A DNA stretch of 64,000 bases from Eledone cirrhosa (taxonomy: Eukaryota): assembly GCA_964016885.1 (NCBI GenBank), contig OZ024744.1, positions 6,882,001 to 6,946,000 on the forward strand, given 5' to 3'. Under the pieces are notes generated by a model, which saw only the letters and a list, made by a program, of their open reading frames with translations, did not search any database and was not told where the DNA came from. Below are positions 1-11,189 of this stretch, piece by piece. The number at the start of each line of letters is the position of its first letter. Within the stretch, counting starts at the first letter, position 1. The translations under genes and the position numbers were made by a program.

Positions 1-3000
1 GGTTATGTCTACTGCAGTATTGCACTGATGTAGGTGTGGTGCAGTAACGGTCATGTCTACAGCAGTATTGCACTGATGTAGGTGTGGTGCAGTAACGGTT
101 ATTTCTACTGCAGTATTGCACTGAGGTAAGTGTGGTGCAGTAACGGTTATGTCTACTGCAGTATTGCCCTGAGTTAGGTGTGGTGCAGTAACGGTTATGT
201 CTACTGCAGTATTGCACTGATGAAGGTGTGGTGCAGTAAAGGTTATTTCTACTGCTGTATTGCACTGAGATAGGTGTGGTGCAGTAACATTTATGTCTAC
301 TGCAGTATTTTACTGAGGTAGGTGTGGTGCAGTAACGGTTATGTCTACTGCAGTATTGCACTGATGTAGGCGTGGTGCAGTAACGATTATGTCTACTGCA
401 GTATTGCACTGAGGCAGGTGTGGTGCAGTAACGGTTATGTCTTCTGCAATATTGCACTGATATAGTTGTGGTGCAGTAACGGTTATGTCTACTGCAGTAT
501 TGCACTGAGATAGGTGTGGTGCAGTAACCGTTATGTTTACTGCAGTATTGCACTGATGTAGGTGTGGTGCAGTAACAGTTATGTCTACTGCAGTATTGCA
601 CTGAGGTAGGTGTGGTGCAGTAACGGTTATGTCTACTGCAGTATTGAACTGAGGTAGGTGTGGTGCAGTAACGGTTATTTCTACTGCAGTATTGCACTAT
701 TGTAGGTGTAGTGCAGTAACGGTTATCTCTACTGCAGTATTGCACTGATGTAGGTGTGGTGCAGTAACGGTTATGTCTACTGCAATATTGCACTGATGTA
801 GGTGTGGTGCAGTAACGGATATGTCTACTGCAGTATTGCACTGATGTAGGTGTGGTACAGTAACGGTTATGTCTTCTGAAGTATTGCACTGATGTAGGTG
901 TGGTGCAGTAACGGTTATGTCTACTGCAATATTGCACTGATGTAGGTGTGGTGCAGTAACGGTTATGTCTACTGCAGTATTGCACTGATGTAGGTGTGGT
1001 GCAGTAACGGTTATGTCTTCTGAAGTATTGCACTGATGTAGGTGTGGTGCTATAACGGTTATGTCTACTGCAGTATTGCACTGAGGTAGGTGTGGTGCTG
1101 TAACGGGTATGTCTACTGTAGTACTGCACTGAGGTAATTGTGGTGCAGTACCGGTTATGTCTACTGTAGTATTGCACTGATGTAGGTGTGGTGCAGTAAC
1201 GGTTATGACTACTGCAGTATTGCACTGAGGTAGGTTTGGTGCAGTAACGGTTATGTCTACTGCAGTATTGTACGGATGTAGGTGTGGTGCAGTAACGATT
1301 ATGTCTACTGCAGTATTGCACTGAGGTAGGCGTGGTGCAGTACCGGTTATGTCTACTGCAGTATTGCACTGATGTAGGTGTGGTGCAGTAACGGTTATTT
1401 CTACTGCAGTATTGCACTAAGTTATGTGTGGTGCAGTATCGGTTATGTCTACAGCAGTATTGCATTGAGGTAGGTGAGGTGCAGTAATGGTTATGTCTAC
1501 AGCAGTATTGCACTGAGGTAGGTGTGGTGCAGTAACGGTTATGTATACTCCAGTATTGCACTGATGTAGGTGTGGTGCAGTAACGGGTATGTCTACTGCA
1601 GTATTGCACTGATGTAGGTGTGGTGCAGTAACGGTAATGTCTACTGCAGTATTGCACTGAGGTAGGTGTGGTGCAGTACCGGTTATGTCTACTGCAGTAT
1701 TGCACTGATGTAGGTGTGGTGCAGTAACGGTTATTTCTACTGCAGTATTGCACTGATGTAGGTGTGGTGCAGTAACGGTTATGTCTACTTGAAGTATTGC
1801 ACTGATGTAGGTGTGGTGCAGTAACAGTTATGTCTACTGCAGTATTGAACTGATGTAGGTGTGGTGGAATAACGGTTGTCTACTGCAGTATTGCACTGAG
1901 TTAGGTGTGGTGCAGTAGCGGTATGTCTACTGCAGTATTGCACTGATGTAGGTGTGGTGCATTAACGCTTATGTCTACTGCAGTATTGCATTGATGTAGG
2001 CGTGGTGCAGTAACGGTTATGTCTACTGCAGTATTGCACTGATATAGGCGTGGTGCAGTAACGGTTATGTCTACTGCAGTATTGCACTGATGTAGGCGTG
2101 GTGCAGTAACGGTTATGTCTACTGCATTATTGCACTGATTAGGTGTGGTGCAGTAACGGTTATTGCTACTGCAGTATTGCACAGATGTAGGTGTGGTGCA
2201 TTAACGCTTATGTCTACTGCAGTATTGCACTGAGGTAGGTGTGGTGCAGTAACCGTTATGTCTACTGCAGTATTGCACTGAGGTAGGTGTGGTGCAGTAA
2301 CGGTTATGTCTACCGCAGTATTGCACTATTGTAGGTGTGGTGCAGTAACGTTTATGTCTACTGCAATATTGCACTGATATAGGTGTTGTGCAGTAACGGT
2401 TATGTCTACTGCAGTATTGCACTGAGATAGGTGTGGTGCAGTAACCGTTATGTTTACTGCAGTATTGCACTGATGTAGGTGTGGTGCAGTAACAGTTATG
2501 TCTACTGCAGTATTGCACTAAGGTAGGTGTGGTGCAGTAACGGTTATGTCTAATGCAGTATTGAACTGAGGTAGGTGTGGTGCAGTAACGGTTATTTCTA
2601 CTGCAGTATTGCACTATTGTAGGTGTAGTGCAGTAACGGTTATGTCTACTGCAGTATTGCACTGATGTAGGTGTGGTGCAGTAACGGTCATGTCTACTGC
2701 AATATTGCACTGATGTAGGTGTGGTGCAGTAACGGTTATGTCTACTGCAGTATTGCACTGATGTAGGTGTGGTGCAGTAACGGTTATGTCTTCTGAAGTA
2801 TTGCACTGATGTAGGTGTGGTGCTGTAACGGTTATGTCTACTGCAGTATTGCACTGAGTTAGGTGTGGTGCTGTAACGGGTATGTCTACTGCAGTATTGC
2901 ACTGAGGTAATTGTGGTGCAGTACCGGTTATGTCTACTGTAGTATTGCACTGATGTAGGTGTGGTGCAGTAACGGTTATGTCTACTGCAGTATTGCACTG

Positions 3001-4574
3001 AGGTAGGTTTGGTGCAGTAACGGTTATGTCTACTGCAGTATTGTACTGATGTAGGTGTGGTGCAGTAACGATTATGTCTACTGCAGTATTGCACTGAGGT
3101 AGGCGTGGTGCAGTACCGGTTATGTCTACTGCAGTATTGCACTGATGTAGGTGTGGTGCAGTAACGGTTATTTCTACTGCAGTATTGCACTAAGTTATGT
3201 GTGGTGCATTATCGGTTATGTCTACAGCAGTATTGCATTGAGGTAGGTGAGGTGCAGAAATGGTTATGTCTACAGCAGTATTGCACTGAGGTAGGTGTGG
3301 TGCAGTAACGGTTATGTATACTCCAGTATTGCACTGAAGTAGGTGTGGTGCAGTAACGGGTATGTCTACTGCAGTATTGCACTGATGTAGGTGTGGTGCA
3401 GTAACAGTTATTTCTACTGCAGTATTGCACTGATGTATGTGTGGTGCAGTAACGGTTATGTCTACTGCAGTATTGCACTGATGTACGTGTGGTGCAGTAA
3501 CGGTTATGTCTACTGCAGTATTGCACTGATTAGGTGTGGTGCAGTAACGGTTATGTCTACTGCAGTATTGCACTGAGGTAGGTGTCGTGCAGTAACGGTT
3601 ATGTCTACTGCAGTATTGCACTGAGATAGGTGTGGTGCAGTAACGGTTATGACTACTGCAGTATTGCACTGATGTAGGTGTGGTGCAGTAACGGTTATGT
3701 CTCCTGCACTATTGCACTGAGGTAGGTGTGGTGCAGTAACGGTTATGTCTAATGCAGTATTGCACTGAGGTAGGTGTGATGCAGTAACGGATATGTCTAC
3801 TGCAGTATTGCACTGAGGTAGGTGTGGTGCAGTAACGGTTATGCCTACTACAATATTGCACTGATGTAGGTGTGGTGCACTAACGGGTATGTCTCTGCAG
3901 TATTACACTGATGTAAGTGTGGTGCAGTAACGGTTATGTCTACTGCAGTATTGAACTGATGAAGGTGTGGTCTAGTAACGGTTATTTCTACTGCAGTATT
4001 GCACTGAGGTAAGTGTGGTGCAGTAACGGTTATGTCTACTGCAGTATTGCCCTGAGCTAGGTGTGGTGCAGTAACGGTTATGTCTACTGCAGTATTGCAC
4101 TGATGAAGGTGTGGTGCAGTAAAGGTTATTTCTACTGCTGTATTGCACTGAGATAGGTGTGGTGCAGTAACATATATGTCTACTGCAGTATTTTACTGAG
4201 GTAGGTGTGGTGCAGTAACGGTTATGTCTACTGCAGTATTGCACTAAGTTATGTGTGGTGCAGTATCGGTTATGTCTACAGCAGTATTGCATTGAGGTAG
4301 GTGAGGTGCAGTAATGGTTATGTCTACAGCAGTATTGCACTGAGGTAGGTGTGGTGCAGTAACGGTTATGTATACTCCAGTATTGCACTGATGTAGGTGT
4401 GGTGCAGTAACGGGTATGTCTACTGCAGTATTGCACTGATGTAGGTGTGGTGCAGTAACGTTTATGTCTACTGCAATATTGCACTGATATAGTTGTGGTG
4501 CAGTAACGGTTATGTCTACTGCAGTATTGCACTGAGATAGGTGTGGTGCAGTAACCGTTATGATTACTGCAGTA

Positions 4575-7500
4575 GTATTGCACTGAAATATGTGTTGTGC
4601 AGTAACGGTTATGTCTACTGCAGTCTTGCACTGAGATAAATGTGGTGCAGTAACGGTTATGTCTACTGCAGTATTTCACTGATGAAGGTGTGGTGCTGTA
4701 ACAGTTATGTCTACTGCAGTATTGCACTGAAGTAGGTGTGGTGCAGTAACGGTTATGTCTAATGCAGTAATGCACTGAGGTAGGTGTGGTGCAGTAACGG
4801 TTATGTCTACTGCAGTATTGCACTGATGTAGGTGTGGTGCAGTAACGGTTATGTCTACTGCAGTATTGCACTGATGAAGGTGTGGTGCAGTAACGGTTAT
4901 ATCTACTGCAGTATTGCACTGATGTATGCGTGGTGCAGTAACGGTCATGTCTACAGCAGTATTGCACTGATGTAGGTGTGGTGCAGTAACGGTTATTTCT
5001 ACTGCAGTATTGCACTGAGGTAGGTGTGGTGTAGTAACGGGTATGTCTCTGCAGTATTACACTGATGTAGGTGTGGTGCAGTAACGGTTATGTCTACTGC
5101 AGTATTGCACTGATGAAGGTGTGGTGCAGTAACGGTTATATCTACTGCAGTAATGCACTGATGTAGGTGTGGTGCAGTAACGGTCATGTCTACAGCAGTA
5201 TTGCACTGATGTAGGTGTATAGCAGTAACGGTTATGTCTACTGCCGTATTGCACTGATGAAGGTGTGGTGCAGTAACGGTTATGTCTACTGCAGTATTGC
5301 ACTGATGAAGGTGTGGTGCAGTAACGTTTATGTCTATTGCAGTATTGCACTGAGGTAGGTGTGGTGCAGTAACGGTTATGTCTACTGCAGTATTGCACTG
5401 ATGAAGGTGTGGTACAGTAACCGTTATGTCTACTGCAGTATTGCACTGATGTAGGTGTGGTGGAGTAACAGTTATGTCTACTGCAGTATTGCACTGAGTT
5501 TGGTGTGGTGCAGTAGCGGTATGTCTACTGCAGTATTGCACTGATGTAGGTGTGGTGCATTAACGCTCATGTCTACTGCAGTATTGCACTGATGTAGGCG
5601 TGGTGCAGTAACGGTTATGTCTACTGCAGTATTGCACTGATGTAGGCGTGGTGCAGTAACGGTTATGTCTACTGCAGTATTGCACTGATGTAGGCGTGGT
5701 GCAGTAACGGTTATGTCTACTGCAGTATTGCACGGATTAGGTGTGGTGCAGTAACGGTTATTTCTACTGCAGTATTGCACTGATGTAGGTGTGGTGCATT
5801 AACGCTTATGTCTACTGCAGTATTGCACTGAGGTAGGTGTGGTGCAGTAACGGTTATGTCTACTGCAGTATTGCACTGATGTAGGTGTGGTGCAGTAACG
5901 GGTATGTCTACCGCAGTATTGCACTATTGTAGGTGTGGTGCAGTAACGGTTATGTCTACTGCAATATTGCACTGATATAGGTGTAGTGCAGTAACGGTTA
6001 TGTATACTGCAGTATTGCACTAAGTTATGTGTGGTGCAGTATCGGTTATGTCTACAGCAGTATTGCACTGAGGTAGGTGAGGTGCAGTAATGGTTATGTC
6101 TACAGCAGTATTGCACTGAGGTAGGTGTGGTGCAGTAACGGTTATGTATACTCCAGTATTGCACTGATGTAGGTGTGGTGCAGTAACGGGTATGTCTACT
6201 GCAGTATTGCACTGATGTAGGTGTGGTGCAGTAACAGTTATTTCTACTGCAGTATTGCACTGATGTATGTGTGGTGCAGTAACGGACATGTCTACTGCAG
6301 TATTGCACTGATGTACGTGTGGTGCAGTAACGGTTATGTCTACTGCAGTATTGCACTGAGGAAGGTGTGGTGCAGTAACGGTTATGTCTACTGCAGTATT
6401 GCACTGAGGTAGGTGTCGTGCAGTAACGGTTATGTCTACTGCAGTATTGCACTGAGATAGGTGTGGTGCAGTAACGGTTATGTCTACTGCAGTATTGCAC
6501 TGATGTAGGTGTGGTGCAGTAAAGCTTATGTCTCCTGCACTATTGCACTGAGGTAGGTGTGGTGCAGTAACGGTTATGTCTAATGCAGTATTGCACTGAG
6601 GTAGGTGTGGTGCAGTAACGGATATGTCTACTGCAGTATTGCACTGACGTACGTGTGGTGCAGTAACGGTTATGTCTACTGCAATATTGCACTGATATAG
6701 GTGTAGTGCAGTAACGGTTATTTCTACTGCAGTATTGCACTGAGGTAGGTGTGGTGCAGTAACGGTTATGCCTACTACAATATTGCACTGATGTAGGTGT
6801 GGTGCAGTAACGGGTATGTCTCTGCAGTATTACACTGATGTAAGTGTGGTGCAGTAACGGTTATGTCTACTGCAGTATTGAACTGATGAAGGTGTGGTCT
6901 AGTAAGTGTTATGTTTACTGCAGTATTGCACTGATGTAGGTGTGGTGCAGTAACGGTCATGTCTACAGCAGTATTGCACTGATGTAGGTGTGGTGCAGTA
7001 ACGGTTATTTCTACTGCAGTATTGCACTGAGGTAAGTGTGGTGCAGTAACGGTTATGTCTACTGCAGTATTGCACTGAGCTAGGTGTGGTGCAGTAACGG
7101 TTATGTCTACTGCAGTATTGCACTGATGAAGGTGTGGTGCAGTAAAGGTTATTTCTACTGCTGTATTGCACTGTGGCAGGTGTGGTGCAGTAACGGTTAA
7201 GTCTACTGCAGTATTGCACTGAGGTAGGTGTGGTGCAGTAACGGTTATGTCTACTGCAGTATTGCACTGATGTAGGCGTGGTGCAGTAACGATTATGTCT
7301 ACTGCAGTATTGCACTGTCGCAGGTGTGGTGCAGTAACGGTTATGTCTACTGCAGTATTGCACTGAGGTAGGTGTGGTGCAGTAACGGTAATGTCTACTG
7401 CAGTATTGCACTGAGGTAGGTGTGGTGCAGTACCGGTTATGTCTACTGCAGTATTGCACTGATGTAGGTGTGGTGCAGTAACGGTTATTTCTACTGCAGT

Positions 7501-8300
7501 ATTGCACTGATGTAGGTGTGGTGCAGTAACGGTTATGTCTACTTGAAGTATTGCACTGATGTAGGTGTGGTGTGGTGCAGTAACAGTTATGTCTACTGCA
7601 GTATTGCACTGATGTAGGTGTGGTGGAATAACGGTTATGTCTACTGCAGTATTGCACTGAGTTAGGTGTGGTGCATTAGCGGTATGTCTACTGCAGTATT
7701 GCACTGATGTAGGTGTAGTGCATTAACGCTTATGTCTACTGCAGTATTGCATTGATGTAGGCGTGGTGCAGTAACGGTTATGTCTACTGCAGTATTGCAC
7801 TGATTTAGGCGTGGTGCAGTAACGGTTATGTCTACTGCAGTATTGCACTGATGTAGGCGTGGTGCAGTAACGGTTATGTCTACTGCAGTATTGTACTGAT
7901 TAGGTGTGGTGCAGTAACGGTTATTGCTACTGCAGTATTGCACTGATGTAGGTGTGGTGCATTAACGCTTATGTCTACTGCAGTATTGCACTGAGGTAGG
8001 TTTGGTGCAGTAACCGTTATGTCTACTGCAGTATTGCACTGAGGTAGGTGTGGTGCAGTAACGGTTATGTCTACCGCAGTATTGCACTATTGTAGGTGTG
8101 GTGCAGTAACGTTTATGTCTACTGCAATATTGCCCTGATATAGCTGTGGTGCAGTAACGGTTATGTCTACTGCAGTATTGCACTGAGATAGGTGTGGTGC
8201 AGTAACCGTTATGTTTACTGCAGTATTGCACTGATGTAGGTGTGGTGCAGTAACAGTTATGTCTACTGCAGTATTGCACTGAGGTAGGTGTGGTGCAGTA
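4575..8300. repeat. Dispersed block duplication, copy 1 (partner about 15565-19190; offset 10,989 falling to 10,893 bp)
   Basis: ORF pairs 4676/15665, 4999/15988 and 5799/16788 are offset by 10,989; pairs 6775/17668 and 7962/18855 by 10,893 (two monomers fewer). Both copies carry a private 5-bp insertion (GGTGTGGTGTGGTG) at about 7565 and 18458. Several SNPs separate the copies. Confidence 0.85.
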
Positions 8301-11189
8301 ACGGTTATGTCTACCGCAGTATTGCACTATTGTAGGTGTGGTGCAGTAACGTTTATGTCTACTGCAGTATTGTACTGATTAGGTGTGGTGCAGTAACGGT
8401 TATTGCTACTGCAGTATTGCACTGAGATAGGTGTGGTGCAGTAACCGTTATGTTTACTGCAGTATTGCACTGATGTAGGTGTGGTGCAGTAACAGTTATG
8501 TCTACTGCAGTATTGCACTGAGGTAGGTGTGGTGCAGTAACGGTTATGTCTACTGCAGTATTGAACTGAGGTAGGTGTGGTGCAGTAACGGTTATTTCTA
8601 CTGCAGTATTGCACTATTGTAGGTGTAGTGCAGTAACGGTTATGTCTACTGCAGTATTGCACTGATGTAGGTGTGGTGCAGTAACGGTTATGTCTACTGC
8701 AATATTGCACTGATGTAGGTGTGGTGCAGTAACGGTTATGTCTACTGCAGTATTGCACTGATGTAGGTGTGGTGCAGTAACGGTTATCTCTTCTGAAGTA
8801 TTGCACTGATGTAGGTGTGGTGCTGTAACGGTTATGTCTACTGCAGTATTGCACTGAGGTAGGTGTGGTGCTGTAACGGGTATGTCTACTGCAGTATTGC
8901 ACTGAGGTAATTGTGGTGCAGTACCGGTTATGTCTACTGTAGTATTGCACTGATGTAGGTGTGGTGCAGTAACGGTTATGTCTACTGCAGTATTGTACTG
9001 ATGTAGGTGTGGTGCAGTAACGATTACTTCTACTGCAGTATTGAACTGAGGTAGGCGTGGTGCAGTACCGGTTATGTCTACTGCAGTATTGCACTGATGT
9101 AGGTGTGGTGCAGTAACGGTTATTTCTACTGCAGTATTGCACTAAGTTATGTGTGGTGCAGTATCGGTTATGTCTACAGCAGTATTGCATTGAGGTAGGT
9201 GAGGTGCAGTAATGGTTATGTCTACAGCAGTATTGCACTGAGGTAGGTGTGGTGCAGTAACGGTTATGTATACTCCAGTATTGCACTGATGTAGGTGTGG
9301 TGCAGTAACGGGTATGTCTACTGCAGTATTGCACTGATGTAGGTGTGGTGCAGTAACAGTTATTTCTACTGCAGTATTGCACTGATGTATGTGTGGTGCA
9401 GTAACGATTATGTCTACTGCAGTATTGCACTGATGTACGTGTGGTGCAGTAACGGTTATGTCTACTGCAGTATTGCACTAAGGAAGGTGTGGTGCAGTAA
9501 CGGTTATGTCTACTGCAGTATTGCACTGAGGTAGGTGTTGTGCAGTAACGGTTATGTCTACTGCAGTATTGCACTGAGATAGGTGTGGTGCAGTAACGGT
9601 TATGTCTACTGCAGTATTGCACTGATGTAGGTGTGGTGCAGTAACGGTTATGTCTCCTGCACTATTGCACTGAGGTAGGTGTGGTGCAGTAACGGTTATG
9701 TCTAATTCAGTATTGCACTGAGGTAGGTGTGGTGCAGTAACGGATATGTCTACTGCAGTATTGCACTGACGTACGTGTGGTGCAGTAACGGTTATGTCTA
9801 CTGCAATATTGCACTGATATAGGTGTAGTGCAGTAACGGTTAATTCTACTGCAGTATTGCACTGAGGTAGGTGTGGTGCAGTAACGGTTATGCCTACTAC
9901 AATATTGCACTGATGTAGGTGTGGTGCAGTAACGGGTATGTCTCTGCAGTATTACACTGATGTAAGTGTGGTGCAGTAACGGTTATGTCTACTGCAGTAT
10001 TGAACTGATGAAGGTGTGGTCTAGTAAGGGTTATGTCTACTGCAGTATTGCACTGATGTAGGTGTGGTGCAGTAACGGTCATGTCTACAGCAGTATTGCA
10101 CTGATGTAGGTGTGGTGCAGTAACGGTTATTTCTACTGCAGTATTGCACTGAGGTAAGTGTGGTGCAGTAACGGTTATGTCTACTGCAGTATTGCACTGA
10201 GCTAGGTGTGGTGCAGTAACGGTTATGTCTACTGCAGTATTGCACTGATGAAGGTGTGGTGCAGTAAAGGTTATTTCTACTGCTGTATTGCACTGAGATA
10301 GGTGTGGTGCAGTAACATTTATGTCTACTGCAGTATTGCACTGAGGTAGGTGTGGTGCAGTAACGGTTATGTCTACTGCAGTATTGCACTGATGTAGGCG
10401 TGGTGCAGTAACGATTATGTCTACTGCAGTATTGCACTGAGGCAGGTGTGGTTAAGTAACGGTTATGTCTACTGCAGTATTGCACTGATGTAGGTGTGGT
10501 GCAGTAACGGTTATGTCTTCTGAAGTATTGCACTGATGTAGGTGTGGTGCAGTAACAGTTATTTCTACTGCAGTATTGCACTGATGTATGTGTGGTGCAG
10601 TAACGGTTATGTCTACTGCAGTATTGCACTGATGTACGTGTGGTGCAGTAACGGTTATGTCTACTGCAGTATTGCACTGAGGAAGGTGTGGTGCAGGAAC
10701 GGTTATGTCTACTGCAGTATTGCACTGATGTAGGTGTGGTGCAGTATCGCTTATGTCTCCTGCACTATTGCACTGAGGTAGGTGTGGTGCAGTAACGATT
10801 ATGTCTACTGCAGTATTGCACTGAGATAGGTGTGGTGCAGTAACGGTTATGTCTACTGCAGTATTGCACTGATGTAGGTGTGGTGCAATAACGCTTATGT
10901 CTCCTGCACTATTGCACTGAGCTAGGTGTGGTGCAGTAACGGTTATGTCTAATGCAGTATTGCACTGAGGTAGGTGTGGTGCAGTAACGCATATGTCTAC
11001 TGCAGTATTGCACTGACGTACGGGTGGTGCAGTAACGGTTATGTCTACTGCAATATTGCACTGATATAGGTGTAGTGCAGTAACGGTTATTTCTACTACA
11101 GTATTGCACTGAGGTAGGTGTGGTGCAGTAACGGTTATGCCTACTACAATATTGCACTGATGTAGGTGTGGTGCAGTAACGGGTATGTC

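Noticed and set aside
1-48. Monomer derived from a 16- or 24-bp subrepeat
   Set aside because: The TGCA cores lie at positions 13, 21 and 40 with uneven spacing, and halves or thirds do not align beyond the TGCAGTA heptamer.
27-50. Resemblance of GATGTAGGTGTGGTG...ACGG to budding-yeast telomeric repeats such as Kluyveromyces lactis ACGGATTTGATTAGGTATGTGGTGT, with a G/T-rich strand
   Set aside because: The match is short, gapped and low-complexity. Yeast telomerase repeats are about 26 bp or shorter in short tracts and do not build multi-kb HORs. A subtelomeric location is not excluded but cannot be shown here.
123-132. Splice-donor-like GAGGTAAGT and GAGGTAGGT, plus RUNX-like TGTGGT and T-box-like AGGTGTG motifs
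   Set aside because: These are short motifs multiplied by the repeat, with no exon structure, polypyrimidine tract or gene context to support them.
6221-6412. Recurrent 61-63 aa plus-strand ORF (MWCSNSYFYCSIALMY...) resembling a small membrane peptide
   Set aside because: It arises only where three consecutive monomers lose the TAG by point variants (TAT, TAC, AAG). It recurs because the HOR recurs.
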